A stretch of DNA of 64,000 bases from Planctomycetota bacterium (GTDB taxonomy: Bacteria > Planctomycetota > UBA1135 > UBA2386): the NCBI GenBank assembly GCA_965223545.1, contig OZ245006.1, forward strand, positions 4,832,001 to 4,896,000, written 5' to 3'. This document shows, piece after piece, positions 54,306-63,770 of this stretch (positions are counted from its first letter, which is position 1; every line of letters begins with the position of its first letter). Made by a program: the position numbers and the translations under genes. Below the pieces are notes generated by a model. It was not told where the DNA came from, searched no databases, and was given only the letters and a program-made list of their open reading frames with translations.

Positions 54306-56012
54306 ATGCCACTGGAACTCTCCCGCCCACCGAGGGGCTTCGTGCCCGGGGGCCTCGACGCCGGCGCGCTGGCGCAGGTCGAGCCGTTGTTCGCGCAGCT
54401 GGCCGAGCGCCCATTGGCGTCGGCGGAGGAGATCGGTCAGTGGTTGATCGATGAGAGCGAGCTGCTCTCCGCCTACGCGGGAGAGCTGGCGCGCCGCTAC
54501 ATCGACATGACGTGCCACACCGACGACAGCGAGCGGCGCGAACGCTATCTGATGTTGGAGCGCGACGTCGCGCCGCGGATCAAGGTGCTCAAGGACGGCC
54601 TCGACCGCAAGCTGCTGGCGGCGCCGGGCGCCGTCGATCTGGGGCCGCACTACGATCTGTTGTTGGCGCGCCGGCGGCTGGCGGCGGAGATCTTCCGCGA
54701 GGCCAACACCGCCCTCGAGGCCGAGGAGTCGGAGTTGCAGACCGCGCAGCAGGAGCTGATGGGCAGCTTGGTCGTCGACTTCCGCGGCCGCGAGCACACC
54801 CTGCAGCAGATGGCGCAGTATCTCGAGGATCCGGATCGCGCGCTGCGGCGCGAGGCCTACCTCGCCAGCCTCGAAGTGCGGCGTGCGAGCTGGCCGCGCC
54901 TGGCCGAGATCCTCGGCCAGCTGATCTCGCTGCGGGCGCGCATGGCGCGCAACGCCGGCTTCGACAGCTACACGCCGTATCGGTTCGCGCAGCTGCAGCG
55001 GCTGGACTACGGCGCCGAGCAGTGCCTGGCGCTGCACGACGCGATCGAGCGCGCTGTGGTGCCCGCGGTGCGGCGGCTCGACCAGCGCCGCGCGGCGGCG
55101 CTCGGGATCGAGCGACTGCGCCCTTGGGATCTCGACGTCGACCCGACCGGCCGCCCACCGCTTCGTCCGTTCGAGACCGAGGAGCAGCTGATCGACGTGG
55201 TTTCGCGCGCGTTCGGCCGGGTCGATCCCCGCTTCGCTCAGGAGTTCGATGTGCTGGTCCGCGGCGAGCTGCTCGACCTGATGAGCCGCAAGGGCAAGGC
55301 GCCGGGGGGCTACCAGTACACGCTGGAAGACGTGCGCCTACCGTTCGTGTTCGCCAACGCGGTCGGCACGCACGGCGATGTGCAGACCATGCTGCACGAG
55401 GGTGGCCACGCCTTCCACGCGATCCTGTCGCGCGACGAGCCGCTGCTCGACTACCGCGACTGCTGCATCGAGTTCGCCGAGACGGCCAGCATGTCGATGG
55501 AGCTGATGGCGCTCGAAGAGCTGGACGCGATCTACGGCGCGGACGATGCGCGCCGCGCGCGAGCGTCCCACTTCGAGCGGGTGCTGCGCATCCTGCCGTG
55601 GATCGCGTCGATCGACGCGTTCCAGCACTGGCTCTACGGCAATCCGGACGCCGTGACCGAGGCGCGCGTCGAGCAGTGGCGCTCGATCCGCGCCCGCTTC
55701 GCGCCGGGCATCGACTACGGCGAGATCGAAGACGCGCTGGACTATCAGTGGGCGAGCCAGAGCCACTTGTTCAGCCACGCGTTCTACTACATCGAGTACG
55801 CCATCGCGCAGATCGCGGCGTTGCAGGTCTGGCAGCGTTACCGCAACGATCCCCGCGCAGCGGTCGAGGACTACCGGACCGGGTTGGGGCTCGGTGGCCG
55901 GCGGCGCTTGCCCGAACTCCTGAGTGCGGCGGGAGTGTCGTTCGACCTGAGCGCGGAGCGGCTTGCGGCTCTGGTCGGCGACGTCGAAGCGTGTGTAGCG
56001 GCGGGCGCTTGA
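54306..56012 (+). CDS. M3-family oligoendopeptidase
   Basis: RPWD, SRKGKAPGGY, HEGGHAFH zinc motif, EFAE.ASMSME, H.F...FYYIEY.IAQ. Confidence 0.95.
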   Translation: MPLELSRPPRGFVPGGLDAGALAQVEPLFAQLAERPLASAEEIGQWLIDESELLSAYAGELARRYIDMTCHTDDSERRERYLMLERDVAPRIKVLKDGLDRKLLAAPGAVDLGPHYDLLLARRRLAAEIFREANTALEAEESELQTAQQELMGSLVVDFRGREHTLQQMAQYLEDPDRALRREAYLASLEVRRASWPRLAEILGQLISLRARMARNAGFDSYTPYRFAQLQRLDYGAEQCLALHDAIERAVVPAVRRLDQRRAAALGIERLRPWDLDVDPTGRPPLRPFETEEQLIDVVSRAFGRVDPRFAQEFDVLVRGELLDLMSRKGKAPGGYQYTLEDVRLPFVFANAVGTHGDVQTMLHEGGHAFHAILSRDEPLLDYRDCCIEFAETASMSMELMALEELDAIYGADDARRARASHFERVLRILPWIASIDAFQHWLYGNPDAVTEARVEQWRSIRARFAPGIDYGEIEDALDYQWASQSHLFSHAFYYIEYAIAQIAALQVWQRYRNDPRAAVEDYRTGLGLGGRRRLPELLSAAGVSFDLSAERLAALVGDVEACVAAGA

Positions 56013-56231
56013 TTGGAGCCGGTCGTAGCAGCCTGGCGCGTTGCCGCCGTGCCAACGGCGAATCGCCCGGCGGGGGGCCGGCAAACTGTGCCCGGCCGCC
56101 GGGCCGAGGCGGGGTATCCTTTTCTGCGCGGATGGGGAGGGCGGAACTCGCCTCGCCACGGTCGCCACGGTCATGATCGCACACGGTGACGCACGAATCG
56201 GCCGGCTGTCCGGCCACGCGGAGAGACCTCA

Positions 56232-57620
56232 ATGAGGTTTCGCCGTTGGGTCGTGTTCACCTTCATGGTGCACATGCTGATCATCGTGCTCGACAAGGGC
56301 GCGGGGTTCGTGCTCCTCAAGATCCTCGAGGACGCTCCGGACGAAAAGGGCGCGGCCGACATCCTCGGCACCCTGCCGTTCATCATGATGTCGGTGGCCA
56401 ACCTCGGCCTGGCGACATCGTCGGTCTACTTCCTGCGGCGCAAGGAATACACCAAGGAGGAGGTCGGCGAGACGGCGAGCTTGGTGGCGATGGTGTGGGG
56501 CGGCACGGTCGCGTTGGTCGCGATCCTGGTGACCCAGTTCGTGATGCCGGCGATCAAGCCCGAGTGGGAGTTCCAGCTGGCGTGGGTCCTGCCGGTGTGT
56601 CTGTGCGTCCCGTTCCTGTTGATGTCGAGCTACTTCAACAGCGTGCAGATCGCCGTCGACCACATCCGCAACTACAACTTGGTCAACCTGCTGGGTTCGG
56701 TGGTGTTCCTGCCGCTGTTCTTGGTGTTCTACTACGCCGCCGGCGCCGTGGTGACGACCAGCATCGCGCTGGCGCGACTGGCGGCGGCGATGCTGTTGGC
56801 GGGTACCACCGTGTGGATGCTGCGCAAGGTCGTGCGCTGGCGTCCCCGCATGCACTGGCAGTTCTTCCGCGCCGCGATCACGTTCGGCTGGAAGGCGAAC
56901 TTGACGTCGGTGCTCACCTACCTCAACCACCGCATCGACCTGCTCATGGTGCCGATGCTGTTCGTGCCGGCGGCGATGCTCAGCGACGAACAGGCGGCCA
57001 AGGCGATCCTGGCGCAGGCCGGCTACTACAGCTTGGCAGTGGGCTTTGCCGAGCTGGTTTGGCACTTTCCGGAAGCCACCCGCGATCTCTTCTTCAGCAA
57101 GGTGGCGGCGTCGACGCACGACGAGGCGAGGAAGTTCACGCCCGTCCTCTGCCGCCTGTCGCTGTGGGTGGCGATCGCGGGTTCGGTGGTGATCGTCACG
57201 CTGGTCGATCCGGTGTTCTCCATGCTGATGCCCGACAGCTGGGAGGAGAAATGGAGCGGCGACGTGCTGACTGCGCTCACGATCTTGGTGCCCGGCACCG
57301 CCGGCTACACGGTGGCGAAGATCCTGCAGAACGACCTCGCCGCGCGCGGCCACTTGAACCACTGTCTGGTGGCGTGCTCCTTGGTGCTGGCGATCATGCT
57401 GACGCTCGATTTCGCCTGGATTCCGCAGCACGGCGCGATCGGTGCCGCCTGGGCCTCCTCGATCGCCTACCTGTGCTCGTCGGTCTACTCGCTGCTCGCC
57501 TACCGGTCCTCTGGGGGGACGGGGGTGTTGCAGTGTCTGGTGCCGCGGGTGGCGGACTGGGTCTACGTCCGGGAGATCGCCGGCGGCATTCTCGACAAGC
57601 TGAGGTGGCGCCGTGGCTGA
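56232..57620 (+). CDS. Wzx-like oligosaccharide flippase (MOP superfamily)
   Basis: About 12 TM helices; NLGL..SSVYF, LN.RID.LM, AGYYSLAV..AE, IP..GAIGAAWASSIAY. Confidence 0.9.
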   Translation: MRFRRWVVFTFMVHMLIIVLDKGAGFVLLKILEDAPDEKGAADILGTLPFIMMSVANLGLATSSVYFLRRKEYTKEEVGETASLVAMVWGGTVALVAILVTQFVMPAIKPEWEFQLAWVLPVCLCVPFLLMSSYFNSVQIAVDHIRNYNLVNLLGSVVFLPLFLVFYYAAGAVVTTSIALARLAAAMLLAGTTVWMLRKVVRWRPRMHWQFFRAAITFGWKANLTSVLTYLNHRIDLLMVPMLFVPAAMLSDEQAAKAILAQAGYYSLAVGFAELVWHFPEATRDLFFSKVAASTHDEARKFTPVLCRLSLWVAIAGSVVIVTLVDPVFSMLMPDSWEEKWSGDVLTALTILVPGTAGYTVAKILQNDLAARGHLNHCLVACSLVLAIMLTLDFAWIPQHGAIGAAWASSIAYLCSSVYSLLAYRSSGGTGVLQCLVPRVADWVYVREIAGGILDKLRWRRG

Positions 57621-58479
57621 GCCGCGGGTCGCCGTGATCGTCCCCTGCTACAACAACGCCGCCACGCTGGCCGAAACGCTGGAGTCGGTGCGCGGACAAA
57701 CCGTGCCGCTCGAGGTCGTGGTCGTCGACGATGGCTCGGAAGACGAGAGCGCGGCCGTGGCCGACCGCGCCGGCGTGCGCTGCATCCGGCAGGCCAACGC
57801 CGGGCCGGGCGCGGCGCGCAACCGGGGCGTGCGCGAAACCGGCGCGCGCTGGCTCGCCTTCTTGGATGCGGATGATCGCTTCGCCACCGACAAGCTCGCG
57901 CGTCAGCTGCAGCACGCCGACGAGACCGGGGCAGTGCTCAGCTGCTGCGACGCCCGCTTGTTGTGCGATGGCGAGCTCGGCGCACGCAAGCACGCGGGCC
58001 AAGAGATCCCGGCGGAGATCTCCTACGCGGGTCTGCTGCTCGACAATCCGATCATCTGCAGCTCGGTGCTGCTGCGGCGCGCAGCGTTCGAGCAGGCCGG
58101 TGGCTTCGACGAGGACCGCGCCCTGATCGCCACCGAGGACTACGACCTCTGGTTGCGGATCGCGCGCGTGGGCGCGGTGCGCTATCTCGACGCGCCGCTG
58201 GTGCACTACCGAGTGTGGAGTGGCAGCCTGTCCGACGACGAGCGGTTCGTGCACGGCCTGGACCGCATCATGGAGAAGGTCGCCGCCGCCGGCGGTGGGC
58301 CAAAGGACTTGCCCGCGCGGATCGCGCGGCGGCGCGCGGCGGTCCGGGTCGCGTCGGCGTACCACCTCGCGCGCCGCGGCGAGGGCGCGCGCGCGCGGGC
58401 GCGCCTGGCCGAGGCGCGGGCCCTCACCGGCGCCAGCTGGCCGGCGTTCAAGATCTGGCTGCGGAGCTGGTGGCGATGA
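57613..58479 (+). CDS. Glycosyltransferase family 2
   Basis: VIVPCYN, VVDDGS.D, N.GPGAARNRG, FLDADD, EDYDLWLR. Confidence 0.95.
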   Translation: MAEPRVAVIVPCYNNAATLAETLESVRGQTVPLEVVVVDDGSEDESAAVADRAGVRCIRQANAGPGAARNRGVRETGARWLAFLDADDRFATDKLARQLQHADETGAVLSCCDARLLCDGELGARKHAGQEIPAEISYAGLLLDNPIICSSVLLRRAAFEQAGGFDEDRALIATEDYDLWLRIARVGAVRYLDAPLVHYRVWSGSLSDDERFVHGLDRIMEKVAAAGGGPKDLPARIARRRAAVRVASAYHLARRGEGARARARLAEARALTGASWPAFKIWLRSWWR

Positions 58480-59597
58480 CCGGGCGGCACTTCTTGCACG
58501 TTTTCCCGAGCTTCGATCCGGGCGGGATGGAGGTCCGCGCGACCACCCTGATGGACCGGTTGGCGCCCCCCGACCGGCACACGGTGGTTTCGATGAGTGG
58601 CCGGATCAGCGCCGCGGAGCGCGTGCAGCGGGCGCGCCTCGACCTCTTGCCGGCGCCGCCACGTGGTAGTTTCGCCGCCACCGGCCGGCGCATGGCCGCG
58701 CGTCTGCGCGCGCTGCGCCCGGATCTGGTGCTCACCTACAACTGGGGCTCGATCGAGAGCGTGCTCGGCGCGCGTTGGGCCGGGCAGCGCGCGCTGATCC
58801 ACCACGAGGAGGGATTCGGCGTCGACGAGGCGGTGCGTCTCAAGCGCCGGCGCATGTGGGTGCGGCGCGCGCTGCTGCCGCGCGCTGCGGCCGCGGTGGT
58901 GGTGCCTTCGATGTTGTTGCGCGGCGTCGCGTGCCAGCGCTGGCGACTGCCGGAGGTGCTGGTGCGCTATCTGCCCAACGGCGTGGACCTCGAGCTCTTC
59001 CACCCCGCGCCGCGCCGCGAAGCGGAGGGTGCGGCGGCCGGCGGGCCGGTGGTGGTCGGCAGCGTCGCCCGGTTGCGGCCGGAGAAAAACCTCGGCGCGT
59101 TGGTCGAGGCGTTTGCCCGATGCCGGCAGCGCGCCCGGGCGGAGCTCGTGCTGGTGGGCGATGGGCCGCAGCGAGAATCGCTCGAACGTGCCGCGCAGGA
59201 GTGCGGCGTCGGCGACCGCGTGCGCTTCGCCGGGCATCTCGGCGATCCGGCGCCGACCTACCGCTCGTTCGACGTGTTCGCGATGAGCTCGCGCACCGAG
59301 CAGATGCCGCTGGTCGTCTTGGAGGCGATGGCGTGCGGCTTGCCGGTGGTGGCCACCGACGTCGGCGACATCCGGCACATGGTCGCCGAAGCCAACCGCG
59401 ACCTGTTGGTCCCCGACGGCGATCGGGCCGCGCTGGCGGCTGCGCTCGACCGCGCGATCGAGTCGGCCGCGCTGCGCGGGGAGTTGGGTGCCGCCAATCG
59501 CGCGGTGTGCGAGGAGCGCTACGCGTTGGACGAGTGCCTGGCCGCGCATCTCGAGCTCTACGACCGCGTCATCGGATCGTCGGGACTCGCTCGCTGA
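58476..59597 (+). CDS. Glycosyltransferase family 4
   Basis: GGME, LPNGVD, VARL.PEKN, GDG, S..E.MP.V.LEAMACGLPVVATDVG. Confidence 0.95.
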   Translation: MTGRHFLHVFPSFDPGGMEVRATTLMDRLAPPDRHTVVSMSGRISAAERVQRARLDLLPAPPRGSFAATGRRMAARLRALRPDLVLTYNWGSIESVLGARWAGQRALIHHEEGFGVDEAVRLKRRRMWVRRALLPRAAAAVVVPSMLLRGVACQRWRLPEVLVRYLPNGVDLELFHPAPRREAEGAAAGGPVVVGSVARLRPEKNLGALVEAFARCRQRARAELVLVGDGPQRESLERAAQECGVGDRVRFAGHLGDPAPTYRSFDVFAMSSRTEQMPLVVLEAMACGLPVVATDVGDIRHMVAEANRDLLVPDGDRAALAAALDRAIESAALRGELGAANRAVCEERYALDECLAAHLELYDRVIGSSGLAR

Positions 59598-59598
59598 A

Positions 59599-59650
59599 AG
59601 GGGCGCCGCCCGATCGCCGCGGGCGACCGTGTCGGGCGCCCTTGCTTTTT
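59599..59650 (+). terminator. Possible intrinsic terminator after the glycosyltransferase operon
   Basis: Imperfect GC stem AAGGG..GCGCC..CCGA / TCGGGCGCCCTT followed by GCTTTTT. Confidence 0.4.
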
Positions 59651-59720
59651 CCGAGAATCGACCTTGGGGTTCGCACGGCTCCATCGCTGAGGCAGGCGTC
59701 ACTCAGCCAAGGAGACCCAA

Positions 59721-61166
59721 ATGAAGATCCTCGATCCCCGTCGTTTGTCCCCCACGACCCTGCTCGTGCCCGCCGTGCTCGCCGCCGGCATGGCCGCGCA
59801 GACCCCGCAGCCGCCGTCGTTCCAGCGCTCCGCGCTGGTCCCCTCGCTCAACGTGGCCGGGGTGAGCCGGCATGCGGCGACGCTCAATCTCGGCGGCACC
59901 CAGATCGTGCTCGAGGAGAACGCGGTCGGTGCCAAGGGCGACCTGGTGTCGCTGCGCCGGCCCGACAAGTCGACGCCGTGGACCAGCGACGGCCTGGTTG
60001 GTCCGCTGAACACCGCGAGCCACGAGGGGTGGCCGGCGCTCAACGCGTTCGGCGACGTGCTCTACTTCACCTCGGACCGCGCCGGGGGGGTCGGCGACCT
60101 CGATCTCTGGTGTGCGAGTCGGCCGGACGACGAGGCGCCGTTCTCGGGCGTGGCCGTCAATCTCTCCGCAGTCAACTCGCCGTTCTGGGACAGCGATCCC
60201 TGGATCGATTTTCCCGAGACCCAGCTGCTGTTCGCGAGCAAGCGTCCCGGTGGGCCCGGCGGCGCCGACCTCTACGCGTCGGTGAGCACTGGTACCGGCG
60301 GCTCCTGGTTGGCGCCGGTCGAGATCTTGGGCGTCAACTCGCCGTACGACGAGTGCGCGCCGACCCTGACGCGTGACGGTCTCCATCTCTACTTCAGCTC
60401 CAACCGGCCACGGACCGGCGGTGGCGCGGCCGGAGACTTCAACATCTACGTCGCTTCGCGGCCGGACCCGTTTTCGAACTTCGGGGCGCCGCGATTGGTG
60501 CCCAGCCTGAGCGGGCCCAATGACGACATCCAGGCGGTGGTGCCGTTCTTGGCCTCGCACGCGTACGTGTCCGCCGGCCAGCAGGGCAGCTATCGCATCC
60601 GCGAGGCAGTGCGCGACGGCGCTGACATCCTCGGGCTGGACGCACCGGTGCTCGACGGTGGCTATGCGATCGCGCTGGCGCGCAACCCCGGTGATACCGG
60701 CGTCATCCTGGCCGCCCTGGCGACCGGCAACCCGGTGCAGATCCCCGGCGTGCAGGGTGCGTTCGGGCTCGATCTCGGCACCACCGCCGTCCTGGCTCAG
60801 GGGCCCCTCGACGCAAGCGGCTTGCAGCCACTGACGTTCTACCTGCCGAACAACCCGGCGCTCACCGGCCTGCAGCTGGCGTTTCAGGGCTTGGTCGCCG
60901 ACGGCAGCGGCAACGCCTGGTTCACCGAGTCCGTCTCGGTGGCCGTGGTCGCGTCGCGTGGTGGTTGCTACAGCAGCGCGAAGGCCTGCATCGGCGGCTG
61001 CTTCTCCAGCATCCCCAGCAACATCGTCAGCTGTCTGATCCAGAAGGTCTGGAAGATCGTGTTCGGTGTGAAGTCCTACGCCAAGGCGGTTGCGAAGTGC
61101 ATCGGCAAGAACTTCGGCAACTGCCTCTACAGCTGCGTCAAGACCTACGTGCGCTGCATCTTCTGA
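59721..61166 (+). CDS. Secreted PD40/TolB-like propeller protein + shared terminal domain + C-terminal Cys-rich cationic peptide
   Basis: AAGGAG RBS; signal peptide; repeats N(T/S)...(E/D)..P.L..DG..LYF.S.R.GG.G..DL(W/Y); LPNNPALTG.QL.FQ; RGG-C... tail with 8 Cys. Confidence 0.9.
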   Translation: MKILDPRRLSPTTLLVPAVLAAGMAAQTPQPPSFQRSALVPSLNVAGVSRHAATLNLGGTQIVLEENAVGAKGDLVSLRRPDKSTPWTSDGLVGPLNTASHEGWPALNAFGDVLYFTSDRAGGVGDLDLWCASRPDDEAPFSGVAVNLSAVNSPFWDSDPWIDFPETQLLFASKRPGGPGGADLYASVSTGTGGSWLAPVEILGVNSPYDECAPTLTRDGLHLYFSSNRPRTGGGAAGDFNIYVASRPDPFSNFGAPRLVPSLSGPNDDIQAVVPFLASHAYVSAGQQGSYRIREAVRDGADILGLDAPVLDGGYAIALARNPGDTGVILAALATGNPVQIPGVQGAFGLDLGTTAVLAQGPLDASGLQPLTFYLPNNPALTGLQLAFQGLVADGSGNAWFTESVSVAVVASRGGCYSSAKACIGGCFSSIPSNIVSCLIQKVWKIVFGVKSYAKAVAKCIGKNFGNCLYSCVKTYVRCIF

Positions 61167-61211
61167 GGCCGCTCCGGGCTTATACTGGCAGCCCTGTCCG
61201 GGTGTTCGGCC

Positions 61212-63770
61212 ATGGACGCCAACCAACCGACCGTGAGTAGCGATCAACGCCTGCTGGCTCTGGTCCAGCAGGCGTTGGCCGACATCGCCGAAGGCGTGAC
61301 GCTGGACCTCGACGCCTTGTGCGCGGACGCTCCCACGCTGCGCGACGCGGTGGCCGAGACGCTTGGCCTCGCTTCGCACCTGCCGCGCCTACAGCAGACC
61401 GCCCGCCAGCACGGCGTTCTCGCCGGCACCGTCCTCGCCGATCGCTACGAGTTGCGCCAGCGGTTGGGTGCGGGCGCGATGGGGGTCGTCTACGCGGCCC
61501 ACGACCACGAGCTCGACCGCGAGGTGGCGGTCAAGCTGCTGCACGCCGGCTTGGCGTTCGATGCCGCGCGCCGCCAGCGCTTCTTGCGCGAGGCCGAGAC
61601 CCTGGCCGCGGTGCAAGACGACCACGTCGTGCCGATCTACGACCGCGGGGAGTCCGAGCAAGGACTGTTGTTCTTGGTGATGCCTCGGCTGGCGGGGCGG
61701 GCCATGTGGGACTTGCTACAGGAGCGGCGGGCGTCGGTCGCACCGGGCGATTGGTTGCGGCGCCCGTGGCGGCTCAGCGAGCATGGCATCGACGCTGCGA
61801 GCGGTGAAACGGACTTCGCGCGCATCGCGGTCGGCTGGGTTGCCGATCTGGCCCGCGGGCTCGCCGCCGCGCACCGCGCCGGCCTCGTGCACCGCGACGT
61901 CAAGCCGTCCAATGCGTTCGTGCGCGAGGACGGCCGCGCGGTGTTGCTCGACTTCGGTTTGGCAAAGGCGGACGGTGACGCGAGCTTGTCCGGCGGCTCG
62001 CCAGTGGGGACTCCCTTCTACATGGCGCCGGAGCAGGCCCGGGGCGAGCCGGCGACCGAGGCCTCCGACACCTATGGACTCGGCGCGACCCTGTACGACC
62101 TGCTCGCCGGGCAGCCGCCGTTCGGCGATACCCCCGAGCGCGTGCTCGCGCGTCTGCTGCGCGATGCGCCGGTGCCGATCCTTCGGCTACAGGAGGGTCT
62201 GCACCGCGATTTGGCAGCGATCGTGGAGCGCGCGATGGAGTTCGCACCAGCCCGGCGCTATCCCACGGTCGGTCACTTCTGCGCTGACCTGAGCGCAGTC
62301 TTGGACCGGCGGCAGGTCGCGGCGCGGCCGATTGGTGCGTTGGGACGGCTGTGGCGCTCCGCGCGCCGCCACCCGGCGCGGGCCGCGTCGGTGGCCGCGG
62401 CCGGCGTGGCGCTGAGCGTCGTCGTGCCCTTCACTTCGTTGTCGCTCGATGTCCGCGCGGCGGAGCGCGACCGGCGCGTCCTCGCGCACGCGGCGCAGTT
62501 GGGGATGCGGGCGCCGTTCGTCGGTAGTCCGGGGCGGCGTGGCGAAGTCGAGACCGCGGAGCGGCAGCGCAACCTCGACGCGCTCGATGCCATCCTCGCA
62601 CTCACCCCGGACGACGTGCCGATGCGGGTCCGGCGCGCGGCCTTGCTGAGCGACCGGGGTGCGGACGGCGATGCCGCCCGCGCGGCCGCGGACGCCGCGC
62701 ACGTCGCGCGCGCCCGTCCGGACAGCACCTTGTTTGCAGAGCTGGCGCGCGCCTACCGCGGCGTGGTCGAGACAGGTGGTGGAGATCCGCTGGCCGTGGT
62801 CTCTCTCACGGTGGAACCGCGCACTCCCGACGAGCGCTTTGCCGCGACGTTGCACTTCATCCGCCGACAGAAGGACGCCACCGATCCCCGCGCCTGCCGG
62901 CGATGGCTCGATCCGGTGCTGGCCGACTCGCGCGCCTGCCGAGAGCTGTGCGGCATGGTGTTCGTGTTCGAGATCGTCAGGGCGCGCATCGGCGGCGACA
63001 TGGGGAGGCATCGCGAGCGCGCCCGCGCGGCCTTGGCGCACGCCACGTCGCTGGATCGAGAGTACGGGGTTCCGAGCCAGCGCGGCCGTTCGCTGGCGGC
63101 GTTCGCCCGGTTGGAGCTCGACGACTTCGCCGGCGCGGTGGAGCTGCTGCGCGCGGCCGTGCGACGGGCGCCCGGTGAGCACGGCGACCTGCTGCATCTG
63201 GGCATCGCGCACCGTCGGCTGGGGCAGCTCGACCAAGCGCGGTCGGCGCTGCGGGCCGCGCACGGGCTCCGGCCCGAGCTGGCCAACACGATGTACGAGC
63301 TGGCCGAGGTCGAGCAGGAGCGGGATGACCTGGCGGCGGCGTTGGAGTGGGCGGAACGCATTCCGCCGGCCAGTCGGTTGCGCGGCTTGGCCATCGGTCA
63401 CGTGCGCATGCGCGAGGGGCTATCCCAGCTGCGGGCGGGTGATCCCGCCGCGGCCGACGCCGCCTTCGCGGCCGCCGAAGCGGTGCTTGGTGCGACTCCC
63501 GGCGCGGCCAGCGGGGTGCTGCGGCGACGGGTAGCGGCCCTGCGATCCGGTCGATCGATCGAGGCCTTCGTTCTGCTGGCCGACGCCGTGCGCCAGCGCG
63601 TGACTTCGCCGCAAGCGCTCACCCAGCTCGCCGAGCAGATGCCCGAAGTCCTCGATGCGTCCGGGGTCGCGGCCATGCGTGCCGTGCTCCGTGATTTGGC
63701 ATCACACCTGTCGCCGGACGAGCCGGCGCCGCAACCCGATTCGAGTTTGCCAGCTCCGCAGGAGAAGTGA
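61212..63770 (+). CDS. Hanks-type Ser/Thr protein kinase with TM segment and TPR region
   Basis: LGAGAMGVVY, VAVKLL, RFLREA, HRDVKPSN, LDFGLA, GTPFYMAPEQ, D.YGLG; C-terminal TPRs. Confidence 0.95.
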   Translation: MDANQPTVSSDQRLLALVQQALADIAEGVTLDLDALCADAPTLRDAVAETLGLASHLPRLQQTARQHGVLAGTVLADRYELRQRLGAGAMGVVYAAHDHELDREVAVKLLHAGLAFDAARRQRFLREAETLAAVQDDHVVPIYDRGESEQGLLFLVMPRLAGRAMWDLLQERRASVAPGDWLRRPWRLSEHGIDAASGETDFARIAVGWVADLARGLAAAHRAGLVHRDVKPSNAFVREDGRAVLLDFGLAKADGDASLSGGSPVGTPFYMAPEQARGEPATEASDTYGLGATLYDLLAGQPPFGDTPERVLARLLRDAPVPILRLQEGLHRDLAAIVERAMEFAPARRYPTVGHFCADLSAVLDRRQVAARPIGALGRLWRSARRHPARAASVAAAGVALSVVVPFTSLSLDVRAAERDRRVLAHAAQLGMRAPFVGSPGRRGEVETAERQRNLDALDAILALTPDDVPMRVRRAALLSDRGADGDAARAAADAAHVARARPDSTLFAELARAYRGVVETGGGDPLAVVSLTVEPRTPDERFAATLHFIRRQKDATDPRACRRWLDPVLADSRACRELCGMVFVFEIVRARIGGDMGRHRERARAALAHATSLDREYGVPSQRGRSLAAFARLELDDFAGAVELLRAAVRRAPGEHGDLLHLGIAHRRLGQLDQARSALRAAHGLRPELANTMYELAEVEQERDDLAAALEWAERIPPASRLRGLAIGHVRMREGLSQLRAGDPAAADAAFAAAEAVLGATPGAASGVLRRRVAALRSGRSIEAFVLLADAVRQRVTSPQALTQLAEQMPEVLDASGVAAMRAVLRDLASHLSPDEPAPQPDSSLPAPQEK

